A DNA stretch of 64,000 bases from Podarcis pityusensis (lineage: Eukaryota): NCBI GenBank assembly GCA_964106645.2, contig OZ067043.1; one strand, written 5' to 3'. The notes under the pieces were generated by a model. That model had not been told where the DNA came from. It searched no databases and saw only the letters and a program-made list of their open reading frames with translations. Made by a program: the position numbers and the translations under genes. Of the stretch, positions 1-12,500 are shown piece after piece (position 1 is the first letter of the stretch; the number at the start of each line of letters is the position of its first letter).

Positions 1-83
1 TCTGCAGTACTTTAAAAAGGCTTAACAGAATCCAGCTGTGTATACAAATGAAAAATTCTACTTATGATTTCTAATTTTGCAAT

Positions 84-89
84 TTTATT
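84..89 (-). terminator. Candidate TUT4 polyadenylation signal AATAAA
   Basis: Plus-strand tttatt about 390 nt past the stop; a Pumilio element TGTACATA also lies at 369-376 (minus strand). Confidence 0.45.
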
Positions 90-478
90 TTTTTCCTTTT
101 AAAAAGTTTTTGGCACTACATTGTTCTGTAAAGAAATGACAATCTTTAACACATGAAATCCCTTTCTAATTTCTTTTTAGAACAATAGATATAAAGTCTG
201 AACCAAAGTATGAATAAAGCTAATAGAAAATAAACAACTTAATTTTAAAAACTCTCTTTACAGTTTATCAAGATAAAATAAAACACAGTTCCCCTTAAAA
301 ATAGGGTAATAAAATAGATGACATTTGTATCACTTCTTGTGATACTGGTAAAAACTATATTTTATATCTATGTACAAATGATACAGTTAAAAACAGTTTT
401 AAATAATCTCTTATCTAAACATGTTGCAATAAGATTTGAATCCAGAACCTGATTTCTTCCCATCCCCTTAATTAAACT

Positions 479-570
479 TCATTTTTTCTGCTGAATGAAA
501 TTCATGTTCAAGTGTGGGTGTCCTTGGGACAGAAGTGAAAACCGCTGGTTGTTCTGCATCAGTAAGCCAG
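479..570 (-). CDS. TUT4: TUT4 terminal coding exon
   Basis: Acceptor ttttctttcag, phase-compatible, AGLLMQNNQRFSLLSQGHPHLNMNFIQQKK*; followed by an AT-rich 3'UTR. Confidence 0.8.
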
Positions 571-3500
571 CTGAAAGAAAACAGGTTACAATTATTTTAG
601 CAGAAACTATCCAAATCCAATTTAACATTTAGGTTGAAAGAGAGTTTTTAAATTCCTGCAAGTTTAGCAGCAGAAAGGGGCACTTATGGAAAAGAAATAG
701 GCTGACATACTTGTGGACCGAGGCATGACTATCAAGATGGAACAAAAATTGCAAGGGTGAAAGAAAAGTGGTTCTCCAGATATTGTTGGAGGCAAACTCC
801 CATCACCCTCAGCCAACATGGCCAATCATCAAGGGTGATGTGAGTTATGGGGCCACAGGTTTTCCACCTCAAGGTAGGGGCTTCATAAGATGCCCCAAAA
901 GCTTGGTATCTGGGATATCTACTTGCACAAGCAAGTTCACATTTAGTTAAACCAATGAATTATTTTCCTATTAAACAGGCAGAGAACAGACAGTGCACAG
1001 CAAAGAATGGAAGTGGTTGCTATACAGATACGGTAAATTCTGCAGCTTTTTATAGACAAGCAACCTAGAAAAGATCTCTTGAGTGAGAGCCCAGTATAAC
1101 ATCGCACTAGCACAACAGCTGTTCCTATCACAACAACTAAAACCAAAACCAATAAAAATAATAGCAGAAAGGTGAGAAAGTTACTTCATGAAGATACTAC
1201 CTTGAGGGTAGAAAGGTTTATTCAATGGATAGCTGGCATTTCCCTGCTGCATGTAGTTCGGAGAAATATTGTAAGGCCACGTCCCTCGCAGGAGAGGAAA
1301 ATGGGCTGGGGTGCCATGGTCCCAAGGAACAGGAGGAGGAGGAGGGTTCGCTTTACCAAACTGTCCTGGGAAGCCCTGATCTAGTTTTCATTCAAAAATG
1401 AAAAGGAGAGAAAAGATTACTGTATTTGAAATCACCATCCTGCAAAGCAAAATGCACAGCAGTAAGAGTATTTTCTTAAATTATGTTTCTCTTTACTTAA
1501 TTTTATTTTTGGGCCCTCTGGAACAGCATGGGATGGGACATGGGCAGCTGCACTAGGAAAGGGAAATCAGAAGAATTTAGAAGGGCTGCCCTGTGGAAGT
1601 GCCTTTCTGCTTGTACAAGATGATTTTGGACCCAAGAAGCCATGAATAGACTAAAAGTATCCATTGCTGCAGAGCTGCAAGAGCTCATGGTGCTATAATA
1701 CGTAGTTCCCTTCTGCATGCAGAAAGCAGTCTTAAATATGCATACATGGATAAGAAATACAATAGAAGCAGTTGAAGACCTGCAGGTATAGGGTGGAATA
1801 TAAATTTAATTAAAAATTAAAATTAAAGAGTCGTGTAAAACCAATAGGAGACAATCTGCTCCATTTTACATTATTCACTAAGTGATGGTTATACAGTTGT
1901 GGTTCTGCAGTGGTAAAGGACAGGTACTCTTATTACTCAGAGGCGCTTTTATTACCATTCATTTTTTGAGGTCCTAGCACTGAAAGCTAGTTTCCGGCCC
2001 TGGCTCAAACTGAGCCTCAGAAGAGTACACTGATCTTTCAAGGAAAGGTGGTGCAGGGTTTCTAATTAGCTAGGATGTGATCCAAAGGGCTGTACTTAAT
2101 GTTCTGCTCATACACTGAGTTCCTTTTCCTTGACACACACATACACACCTCAAGCTGCTCCTGAAGCACAGTATTAAATGCAGCACAAGGGGACGCAGCT
2201 CAAAAGGAAACTGGGCAGAAGTTCTTTCTGCTGATGTACAGAACTCTTTGAAGCCCATCCCTATTGAAGTTCAGACTCCGATTTCGAATCAAAGTTTATT
2301 GACAGAAAGCTCAAACTATTATCTCTTTAAATAACTTGTCAAATGCTATGAAAACTGCCTTCCAAACCCAACCCACTTTTTATGTAGCCTAAGCAAATAC
2401 ACGGCGATTCATCTTTTTCCTAAAAGGTTCCTCATCTGCACCCCAGAATATACAGCGTAGTCAGAATGAACAGGTTCAGAAACGTTAAGCAAAGAAACTG
2501 TATTTGTACAAAACAAGAGACAAGAGAGGAGAGTTACCTGAGTTCCCCACCGTGCCATTGTTCACCAGTGAGCTTAGAGTCACAGGGTTGTGCCAGTGTC
2601 CCTCATGAGTACTGCTGGGGATTCCTACAGGCCTGGCAGCAGGCTGTGCAAAGATGATACTGGGATCATTCAGGCTTACGCTGCTCTGGTTATTGGGCGG
2701 GCTGCTGCTACTGCCAGCCCTCACAGAAAAAGGAACATTTGCCGCGTGAGAAGGATTACCCGGTGCAGAGTGAATAACAGGCCACGAGGTGTTAGGAAGT
2801 TGGATGTGGTGGTGGTGGTGGTGGTGGTGGTGAGGGTGCATCTGAAATAGTCCCAGGTTAGGCAAGGTGGCATACTGACCTGGGGGAGATTGGGGAAAGT
2901 TAAACAAAGGCAGCTGGACCTGGTGGGGTGGTTGTGCCCCTTGCTGGGGCTGCAGAGCATGCTTAGACTGGGATATTGGTTGTGGCTGAGTCTGGTTAAT
3001 GGAGGTTGGTGGAGAGGAATTCTGAGTAAATTGCTGAGGCTGTGGAGAGTAAGATGACTGACGCGAATCAGACTGGAGAGGGGAGAAAAGGATGTAGTTT
3101 GTATTAGTTCATGAGTTAGTTAAGTGTTCCATTTAAGCACTTAATGCTAAAAAGTCTTCACAAAGGAGTCTCTTGAGCTCTAGGTTTACTAAACTACTGT
3201 CTTTGAGTTGAGATAGGCTACAAATAGGGCTGGACTATCCATTGTGAGGACTTTTTATGAAGAACTAAATTCTTCATGACTGCAAGTTCAGTTAAAGCAG
3301 GCTTCCTCAACCTTGGCCCTCCAGATGTTTTGAGATTACAATTCCCATCATCCCTGACCACTGGTCCTGCTAGCTAGGGATCATGGGAGTTGTAGGCCAA
3401 AAACCTCTGGAGGGCCGAGTCTGAGGAAGCCTGTGTTAAAAGTATAAGGTTTAATTGACAGCAGATTCACCATATTCACTCGGAGAGTTCAGATGACCTT

Positions 3501-6500
3501 AACTTAATATATGAAACATGAACAAGCTTTGCTGTTTGTTCTTCACTTCATTGGGGGAACAAACAATCCAGGACATTTTCGTTAACTTCAATTTTAACTA
3601 AGTTTGTTATTGGTATGAGCTTTTGTGTGCATACCAATAACAAACTTAGTTGGTCTCTAAGGTGCTACTGGAAGGATTTTTTTTATTTTGTTTCAGCTAT
3701 GGCAGACCAACAAGGCTACCTAACTGTAACTTCAATTTTACAGTTCATCTGAATCAGGGAACTATGGTTACAAACTTCAGAACAATCTAAAATATAGTTT
3801 GAAGTTGGCTTTATATTCTGACTTGTTCCAAAGCTCTTAACCATAGTTTGCTGGTTCATAAAACCAGAAATTATGGTTAATTTCCTAGCTTGTTTCCTTG
3901 GTCATACAAAGGGACTGTGTGGCCAAAGATCTTGTTCCTATATCAGCTTATTAAAGCAAGGTACTATCATCTGAACAAAATCATTCTGTAGAACAAGCCC
4001 TACCACTGATAAACAGTCACTTGAACTCTCACTGGAATAAAACATGTGTATCTGAAGAAGTGTGCTTGCACACGAAAGCTCATACCAAGAACTAACTTAG
4101 TTGGTCTTAAAGGTGCTACTGGAAGGATTTTTTTTATTTTGACTATGGCAGACCAACACGGCTACCTATCTGTAACTGGAATAAAACATGTAACTTTAAA
4201 AATGTCCTACTAATTTTCAGTCACCAATAGCATCTTAATTCATTGGCTCTTCCATTTGCTCTAAATTGTTGCCTCAATCCTTAAATATGCAAGAATATGT
4301 ACTTCTGAACTCTACAGAGGCCTTTTTACAGCAATACACTTCACAAGCATTGTTGTTATATTACTTACACAATTGAAATTGATTTCTTATATAAAATTTA
4401 ATTCAGAAATACTGAATCAAATGAAACTTACACATTCTGATGTCTGTCTAGCACGTAAGGGTCTTTCCACTTGCTGTTGAATTGATCCAGTTACTTGCTG
4501 AGAGTTTACAAGGCTTCGGACTAAGGGAGTTCCTAAGTGATAAAGTGTAAAGAATGTGTTTAATACAGATTAAGAAACCAATAGGCTGCAGTCCAAAGCA
4601 ATGATATGTGCAGACAAAATTATTTATGCAGACAAAACGTTATTTCCTGTACCTATTGCAACTATGTCCTCTGCCAGAGAGGTCCAAGGAAGGCAATATT
4701 GGCTCCTGTGAATAGGGTTAGAGCAGGTGTCTTCAACCTTTTCAGACCAAGGACACACTTTTAACCCAAACATGCATTTTGAGACCCATTTCTTAATATT
4801 TTACCATATAGTGGTGTTGCTCGTGTTATGACCCACTTTGGATCAGGCTATGATCCACTAATGTGTCTCAAACCACCAGCTGAAAACCAGAGAGTTAAAG
4901 AATAGGAGGCAAATCCTGCATCAGTCAGCAGGAATGCAAACAATTCCACTGGCTGGACCATGAGTAGCAAGGCTGGAATAAAGGACAAACAGTGCAGTGC
5001 TATGCATATCTACTCAGAAGTAAGCTCCATTACCGAGAGCACCGTTGCTTCTTTGTCTTGACTGTTTAAATTCTGGACAATCCCTTCGAACGTGTCCCAC
5101 ATCGCCACAGATAAAACATCTCTTTTCTCTAGTCTCTCTGTCTTCCTCCTTGACTTCCTTTTCGTCATCTCTCTCATTCTCCTTTTTCTTCACTCTAAAT
5201 GGGGACAGGTACGCAAGCATTGCTTAAAAGTATCCTTGAAGCTGTGTGGCTTTCAAAAAGGCAGCCAAAGCCTTAAGATTCATTTCAATGTCCATGTGTG
5301 GACAAAAAACTGGGAATTGCATCACCCAAAACATGGCGGTGGCTTTACAGAGCTGCTGCACGTTCCAGCTGGGCAGAAGGTGGGGGGCACCTGTCTGAAG
5401 CTGGTGCACACACTGCCCCTGATGGCCTAGGGCTGGCTTGGGTTGCAATGGATTTCTGGCTGGCTTAGCCCAGAACCCAGAAAGCTATGTTTCTGGTCTT
5501 TTTGTTAGCTGCCACTGTGAGATCTCATCATAGGGTCTTCCACCTACCTAAGCAGTGGGCAGAAAAGGAAAGTGATGCGGGTGTCATTTGGCAGTCAGAA
5601 TCCAGTGCAGGTCAGCAGGGCCTAATCCAACCCTTTCCCACCCACTGCAGCATGGTGCAAAGGAAGTTTGTACTGCTCAGTAAGCTGAGGAAAGCTGAGA
5701 TGTACTGTTTGCTGCAATTTCATCCAAAGCCTACAGAACTCAAATGGTCCCTCAAGTTAACCTCAGCTCTGAATTGCCACACATGGTTCCTCCCATACCC
5801 TTTGCTTTATCATAGGCAAGTAGCCACTGCACTTACCCTTCAAAGCACAGAACATTTATGGTATTGTTCATGAAAACACAGGGAAAAATACACAAGTAAT
5901 TCACTAGAATACTTAGCACTGTTTTACACCAACTCCTCTGCCTAGTTAAGAGTTCCTTCAATGGAAAGATAAAGTGATTTTCTTAAAAACAGTTTTTGAA
6001 AGAAAAATTAAAAGAATAAGGTGCATTCCTTGAGGCAAACAAAACTATTTTCTTCTGTTCTCTTGCATTCCGCATAAACATTTTTAAACTAGCCATGTGT
6101 TTATTTTCCCAACCTCCTTTTTTTGGGGCAGTCCTTCATGTAATGACCAATTTTGCCACAGACACGGCAGCACCTGTCGTTGGGTGCCAGTTCTCCATCA
6201 GTCAATACTTTAGAGTTGAAAAAGTACTCCTACAAGGGGGAAAACAAGCTATTACCTACAAGCGCTCTGTATTCACTTTCTTTGAAGAGAAATGGGGAAC
6301 AGGGGGGAAAGGAGGGAGAAACAGCAGTTGCATATCTTACTAAGTAAGGCATTCATTAAGAAGAAAAGACAAGGTTGAGATTTTCATATTTACAGTCAAG
6401 TAAAATATATTTGTAATAATACCAGACAGGATTTTTTATAGCCTTATTTTTCCAGGAAATACAAAGTAAGTGAAACAAGCAATATATTTTACCCTAACAA

Positions 6501-9500
6501 ACCAACTAAATACAAACTTTCAAGTTTTGCAAAACCTCATCGTCGTGGTCACGAGGAACTAAGATAGCATTTACTCTACACTATTCTCAACTGTTGACTA
6601 GCAGCCTGGGATTGAATGCATAAGTTTTAGCTATTTGCCTGAGGTATATGACTTGAAATTCAAGTGTCTGGAAGAAGGACAGAGAGGGAGGAAAGGAGGA
6701 GCAACAGTTCATTAGAACTGAGCCCAAGAGTAAGACATTCAGTGTATGCTTGCATGTTTATGCAAGATAAGCTGTGAGAAACTGTGTTAAACACAGTCCT
6801 AAAAGTGGGAGTTCTCATATCCTCCTGTTGTTTGTTCAACACCAATACAAACATACACAAAATGTAAGTAATATATCTTGGAAATAAAAGAACCAACTTG
6901 ATATTTTAGGGTTCTGTTAAGACCTAACTGTTAAGCCTTGAGTTTTCAGTCCTACTGATTAACAATTATGACCAAGATCACTAAACCAATTATGAAATTA
7001 AATTACATGTACTCAAAAGGACCCATAGAAATGCAATAAAGGTACAAGTTACAAAATAAGAAAACTTACAGCTTCTCTTCCCAGCACCGGATAGAAAGGA
7101 GTACCAAATAATTTTCTCCCATTGATTAATGCCTTCATTATGAAATTGGTCACTGTGAAAGGAGAGAAAAAAGCAATTAAGGAAGTGTCACTTTAGAAAT
7201 TTATTAACACTGAGTAGAACATTTTTCAAGTCTTACTTTTTCTGGATACTCCTGCACCCAGGTTATGATTCAAGTCAAAAGGATCTGAACAGAAGAAATA
7301 AAAACAGTATTAAAGGAGCAGGAAAAAAAATTCCAACAGCACTGAATTTTGCTGTTAACAAATACTGCTGGTGTAAGACAGGCAAGTACATTTTCACTAA
7401 CATTAATAGAAGTTCACTTATAAATGATAAATTCTTTCAGGGGGATATATCCTTTATGTTAGATATTCCATAAGTACCTTCAATGGCGATGCATTTGGAC
7501 GTCCACTGTTTCTCAAATGTGGTTAACAGCTTCTTCTGACGAATGCTGATGACATATTCTTTGAAGTCAAACTCTTCAGTGTAAAATCGCAGTAACCCTA
7601 ACCAGAGTTCTCCCAGTGATTCTGTGTTTTTCCCAAGAGAAGGTAAACGGTTTTTCTGTATAAAAGTTATAGCAGATAAAGTACTTTATTGTGAACATAA
7701 TACTTTTAACTTTGGGATGGTTCCAAAGTAACACATTGTGAAGTATGTGGCATCTATCTATTGCAAAGCTGGGCCGTCCTGAATGTACATCTATGTGGTA
7801 GCAGGGAAAAGGAATAAAAGTATCTTTTACATTCATAGGAAACTCTCTACCTGTGCAAGTTCAGGTAAGGCTACTTCCTCTCTTAATGTGCTCATTGCAG
7901 AGGCAGATAATTCACTGAATATAAGAAGCATTGAAAAGAGAAATTCAACCTAAATGGTATACAGACTAGCCCACTTCCATTTTGCACTATATGTTGACTG
8001 AGCATCTTGCTTACTAGTGATCATCAGGACTAAATAGGCATGAGAGCATAAGAAAAGCCTTGCTGGATCAGACCACAGACATGTCTAGTCAAGCATCCTA
8101 TTCTCAGTAGCAAACAGATGTCTATGAAAACCACAACACATGAGCTGGGTACAACAAGTTAAATTTGTTTGTAGAAGAGTCTTACAAACAGTTTTGCTGA
8201 AGATGAATGCTGGGATTGGCAAGAAAAATAGCCCTGTGCTATTTCTGTAACCAAAAACCAAAGTGGCACATTTCCTGTTTAACAGTTGCCAAAAAGCTAA
8301 TTCTATAACTTTTTAAAGCTCTTGCTGCCACTATCTAATTTTGTACTTCTGAGACTTTCAGCTCTTCATTTCTTTACCCTTCCCTTGTCCAACAGATTCT
8401 GCAGAAAGGTGTTTTGTTTTTCATTTGTGTAATGCCAAATATATTGCTGGTGCTCTTATAAAAAAAATAATTAAGCATGTATATGTACTTGTGATATAAT
8501 ACTACTACACCTAAGAACTCAATTACTATTCCAGAATTAGAACATTACCAGTTCTTCAGTATCATCAAAGAAGAAAGCATTCCACCCATCAACCATTCTC
8601 TGAGGGATCTGTTGTCCATCAAATATCTAAAACACCATGAAGAATAAAGGTAGAAAATGGGGTGGGGTAGGAGGGGGTAATGAACAAATCCAACATCAGA
8701 AAGTATTCTCTCTTTTGAAAAGGATGAAAATATCACAGAAAATGTTACTAGGGCCCAGATGGATGTATTTGCAAACCATTAACAGTTAGTTTTGAAACAA
8801 TGCTGGGACACATGCCTTCCTTGACCTGAAATGCCAGATTGTGGGAGTGGAGGCAGGGAGGCAAATGATTATTACATTACTTAGTGGTGATAGGAATGCA
8901 GTCCACATATGCTCAAAAGGAGACTTGCACTAAACCTGTTTGTGACACCTCAATTTGGTTAAGGGTTGGGTGGAGTTCAAATCAATAGCTTACCATTTTT
9001 AACTTTTAAAAATAATCAAGATAAAGAACACTTCGTGCACTACTTTGCTTGAGAATGCTCACATTTTTCCTCATTTATAACAGCTTCACAGGTAATAAAA
9101 GTTCTGACATAAAAAGTACTTCTCTGTTGGAATTAATATGCTACTCAAGGCAAAGCATCAAATACAATGATTGCCCACACATATATTTCACATCTGAAAA
9201 GCAAAACAATCTCTTGTGTGCAATTATTATGTATGCTGCTTTTAAACTAATATTGAGGAGCACATTAATTCCTTCTGCAGTTGAATCCTGTGATGTGTGA
9301 AGAAGCTGGAAGAGTGGCTCAGTGTGATAAGACAGAACCCGTGAAGTGGCATGGGAGATATGCAGTTGCAACTTCAACAACTCTCCAGAAAAACAAGAGT
9401 CAAAACTGGCCTCACATACAAAATGAACTGAAAAGAAACATGATTCTCTAGCCAATCTTCCAAAGCACATTTTCCTGAAAACCTACCTCTTGAAGAACTG

Positions 9501-12500
9501 GGATTACTGGTGGATCTCTCTGTTGTAAGAAGTATAACACCATTAGGATATAGGCATATGAAGACAGACTTCCTCTGGATGCATCTCCAATATCACAGCG
9601 CTGGTCAAATACATTTTGAATATAGTGAGCATTTAACAAGATATAACAATGAAAAAAGAAAAGAAGTGTTTTGTGATGCTGCCGTTTCTGAGAATGATAT
9701 TGTCAGCCTCTGGCATGCACTAAAACATAACCTAAGTCAAACAGGCACAAGGATACTATTTCTGAAAGGGCTCATTTGTGTGACTTCTTCCACATGCCCC
9801 TGATGACACTGGACATGCTTCTAGAGCAGCAGTACCCACTTTTGAAACTCATTAGAGTTCAAATATCATATATGGCATGTATGTCTGCTCTTCAAGGGAA
9901 AAGGTAAAGAAAAATCCTACTACGGATTAAAGTACAGCTTTAGATCCTGGTAACTATGGATTTCATTTGGATTAATGGGGCACTAATTTACTATACCTAG
10001 TTCTAAAGCCAACATATAAACCCACATTCCATTATTGCAGCTCAAGTAATCTGTCAAACAGATATAATCCAACCATCAACAGGGACTTTAAAAACCTAAT
10101 TTTGTATAGGCCAATATGATTATATATACTATTAGTAGCTTCTGCAGAAATATCAGACGCTGCTTGAAATCAGAAATTTCATAAGCTTCCAGAATTGTAA
10201 CTGTTCAGAAAACCATTTAAAAAACAAGTTGAACTGTCATCACCTTTTGGGGACAGAAACCACTGAGCACACATGGCAATAAGCTAAAGTTGCACGTTAT
10301 TTATATTTACCTTTGCAAAAACTTTCATTGTGTATCCCAAGTATTGTACTCTCGGATCAATGGCTGCATATGTTGCAAGCATCCTTGTGTTGTGCTGTGC
10401 CTATAAAACAATGGTTTGGGTATCAAGCTTTGGGTATCAGGCACACTTCAATTTGCAGACTGAACATGAGAAATGTTGCAAAACAATGCATATTTACATT
10501 CTTACAAAATTTCAGGCAGGTCACAAACATAGCCAAAAACAAATTCAGAGGAAGAGATCACACTTCCAAGCAATGTGTGGGATCCCAACAATTGCAGGCC
10601 CATATGCCCTCTGAATAACAGCTCTTGATGAATTTAAAGGAGTGATACATACAGGTGAGCTTTTGACCAAACATATGGGCTTTTACTGAAGATGATACTT
10701 GCCAGTGTATTGTATAAACTGATATCCCCTTCTAAGCCACTTCGTCTGTGCTCAAATTTTACTATAGGCACTTTGGCTGTTGTTATAGGCAGGATATTTC
10801 TTAAACCTGATAAGATAAGGTTTCAAGATGTTAAATACTCCCCATAGCCAAAGAACACACAAAAATGCATATAAGCAGCACAAAGTTCCATACACATACC
10901 TGGATGCTTCTTAAGAATCTTTGCCAAATTTTCAATAATTTCCTTACAGTTTAATTTCTGGGAGAAATAAATACAAAGCCTGTGTTACCTACATATTCCC
11001 ACAAAGAATTCAGAGTAACCAAGTACTTTGAACATACATGCTACAATAATCTTCCTTCAACTATATAAAATGTATTTTAAAAAGAACTCCAAAGAGCAGG
11101 TTTAAACATCTCAGGAACACAAAATCTCAAGGACCACCTCTCCCCATATGAAACGACTCAAGACCCTGCAATCATCATCTGAGGCCCTTCTTTGGGTGCC
11201 TCCCCCATGAGAGATCTGGAGAGTGGCAGCACAGAAATGGGCCTTTTCTGCAGTGGCTCCCCATTTGTGGAATGCTCTCCCCATGGAGGCTCACCTGGTG
11301 TCTTCATTACATTACCTTTAGGCGTCAGGCAAAAAAGCTTATCTATAATCAGGCATTTGGCCGATTCTATGGCCTTTTAAATGTGTCTGTGGAAGAGGGG
11401 TGTCTGGTTTGTTTCCCTTTTGTTTTTGTTTTACAGTGGTACCTCTAGTTACGAACTTAATTCGTTCCAGAGGTCCTTTCTTAACCTGAAACTGTTCTTA
11501 ACTAGAGGCCGCTGCACTGCCGGCACATGATTTCCATTCTCATCCTGGGGCAAAGTTCTCAACTCAAGGTAACTCTTCCAGGTTAGCAGAGTTTGTAACC
11601 TGAAGCATTTGTAACCTGAGGCACCACTGTATTATGTATTTTGTGTTCTCATTTTGTCTTTTAATGCTGTGAACTGCCCAGTGATCTTTGGATGATGGGC
11701 AGTATACAAACTGAATAAATAAAATAAAAGAAACAATAAAATACCTCTGCATTTTCATGGCCTTCTAGTGTCATGCAAATATCCAGGTCACTGTCACGAA
11801 ATCCAAATCCATTTTTTGAAGAGCCAAACAGGCACAGCCTGGCCTTGTCTGATCAAAAGAAAGAGGGTTTTTTAAATAATAACTTTAGACTCATTCAAAA
11901 TGTAACAGATTGTACATTAACTTTAAACTTCCACAAAATTCGAGAACAACTGAATTTATATTCCACTACATTTTGTAAGACAAAATAAGCAATATGATTC
12001 AGATTATTGCAGACCCAGTATAACCACCCAAGTGTCATCTTGCCACATCTGCCAGACACAATAGTTTTTCCAGTGCCCCAAACAAAGCATGTTTTAATGC
12101 CCATATATTCCATCACTTTTCAGTAATAAATAAATTCAAGATGTGAGGAAAAACACATTTCTGATTTCTTTAGACTATTTTTCAAGTTCTATTAATGTAC
12201 AAATCTTGATTCTTGTTTTAATATTGTTACTCAATATGTTTGTCAGTTCCCTCAATTTCTCATTTGTGGTAATGGGCTTGATGCCAACTCCTTTTCTAAC
12301 CTTCTTCTCCATACTGAAAACATTTAGGATCTCTTCCTAAAGAATGAGGCATGGCAAACTAGATTTTCCTTGGCATCAGCTGGCTGATATATAATCTCAG
12401 CCTGCAGATACCTGTCTGCCAGGGAAAGATCCAAGTGAGGAAGGAACTATTGCACATGCACTTAACTTCAAAAATTAATATCTTCTATTAACTTGCTGCC

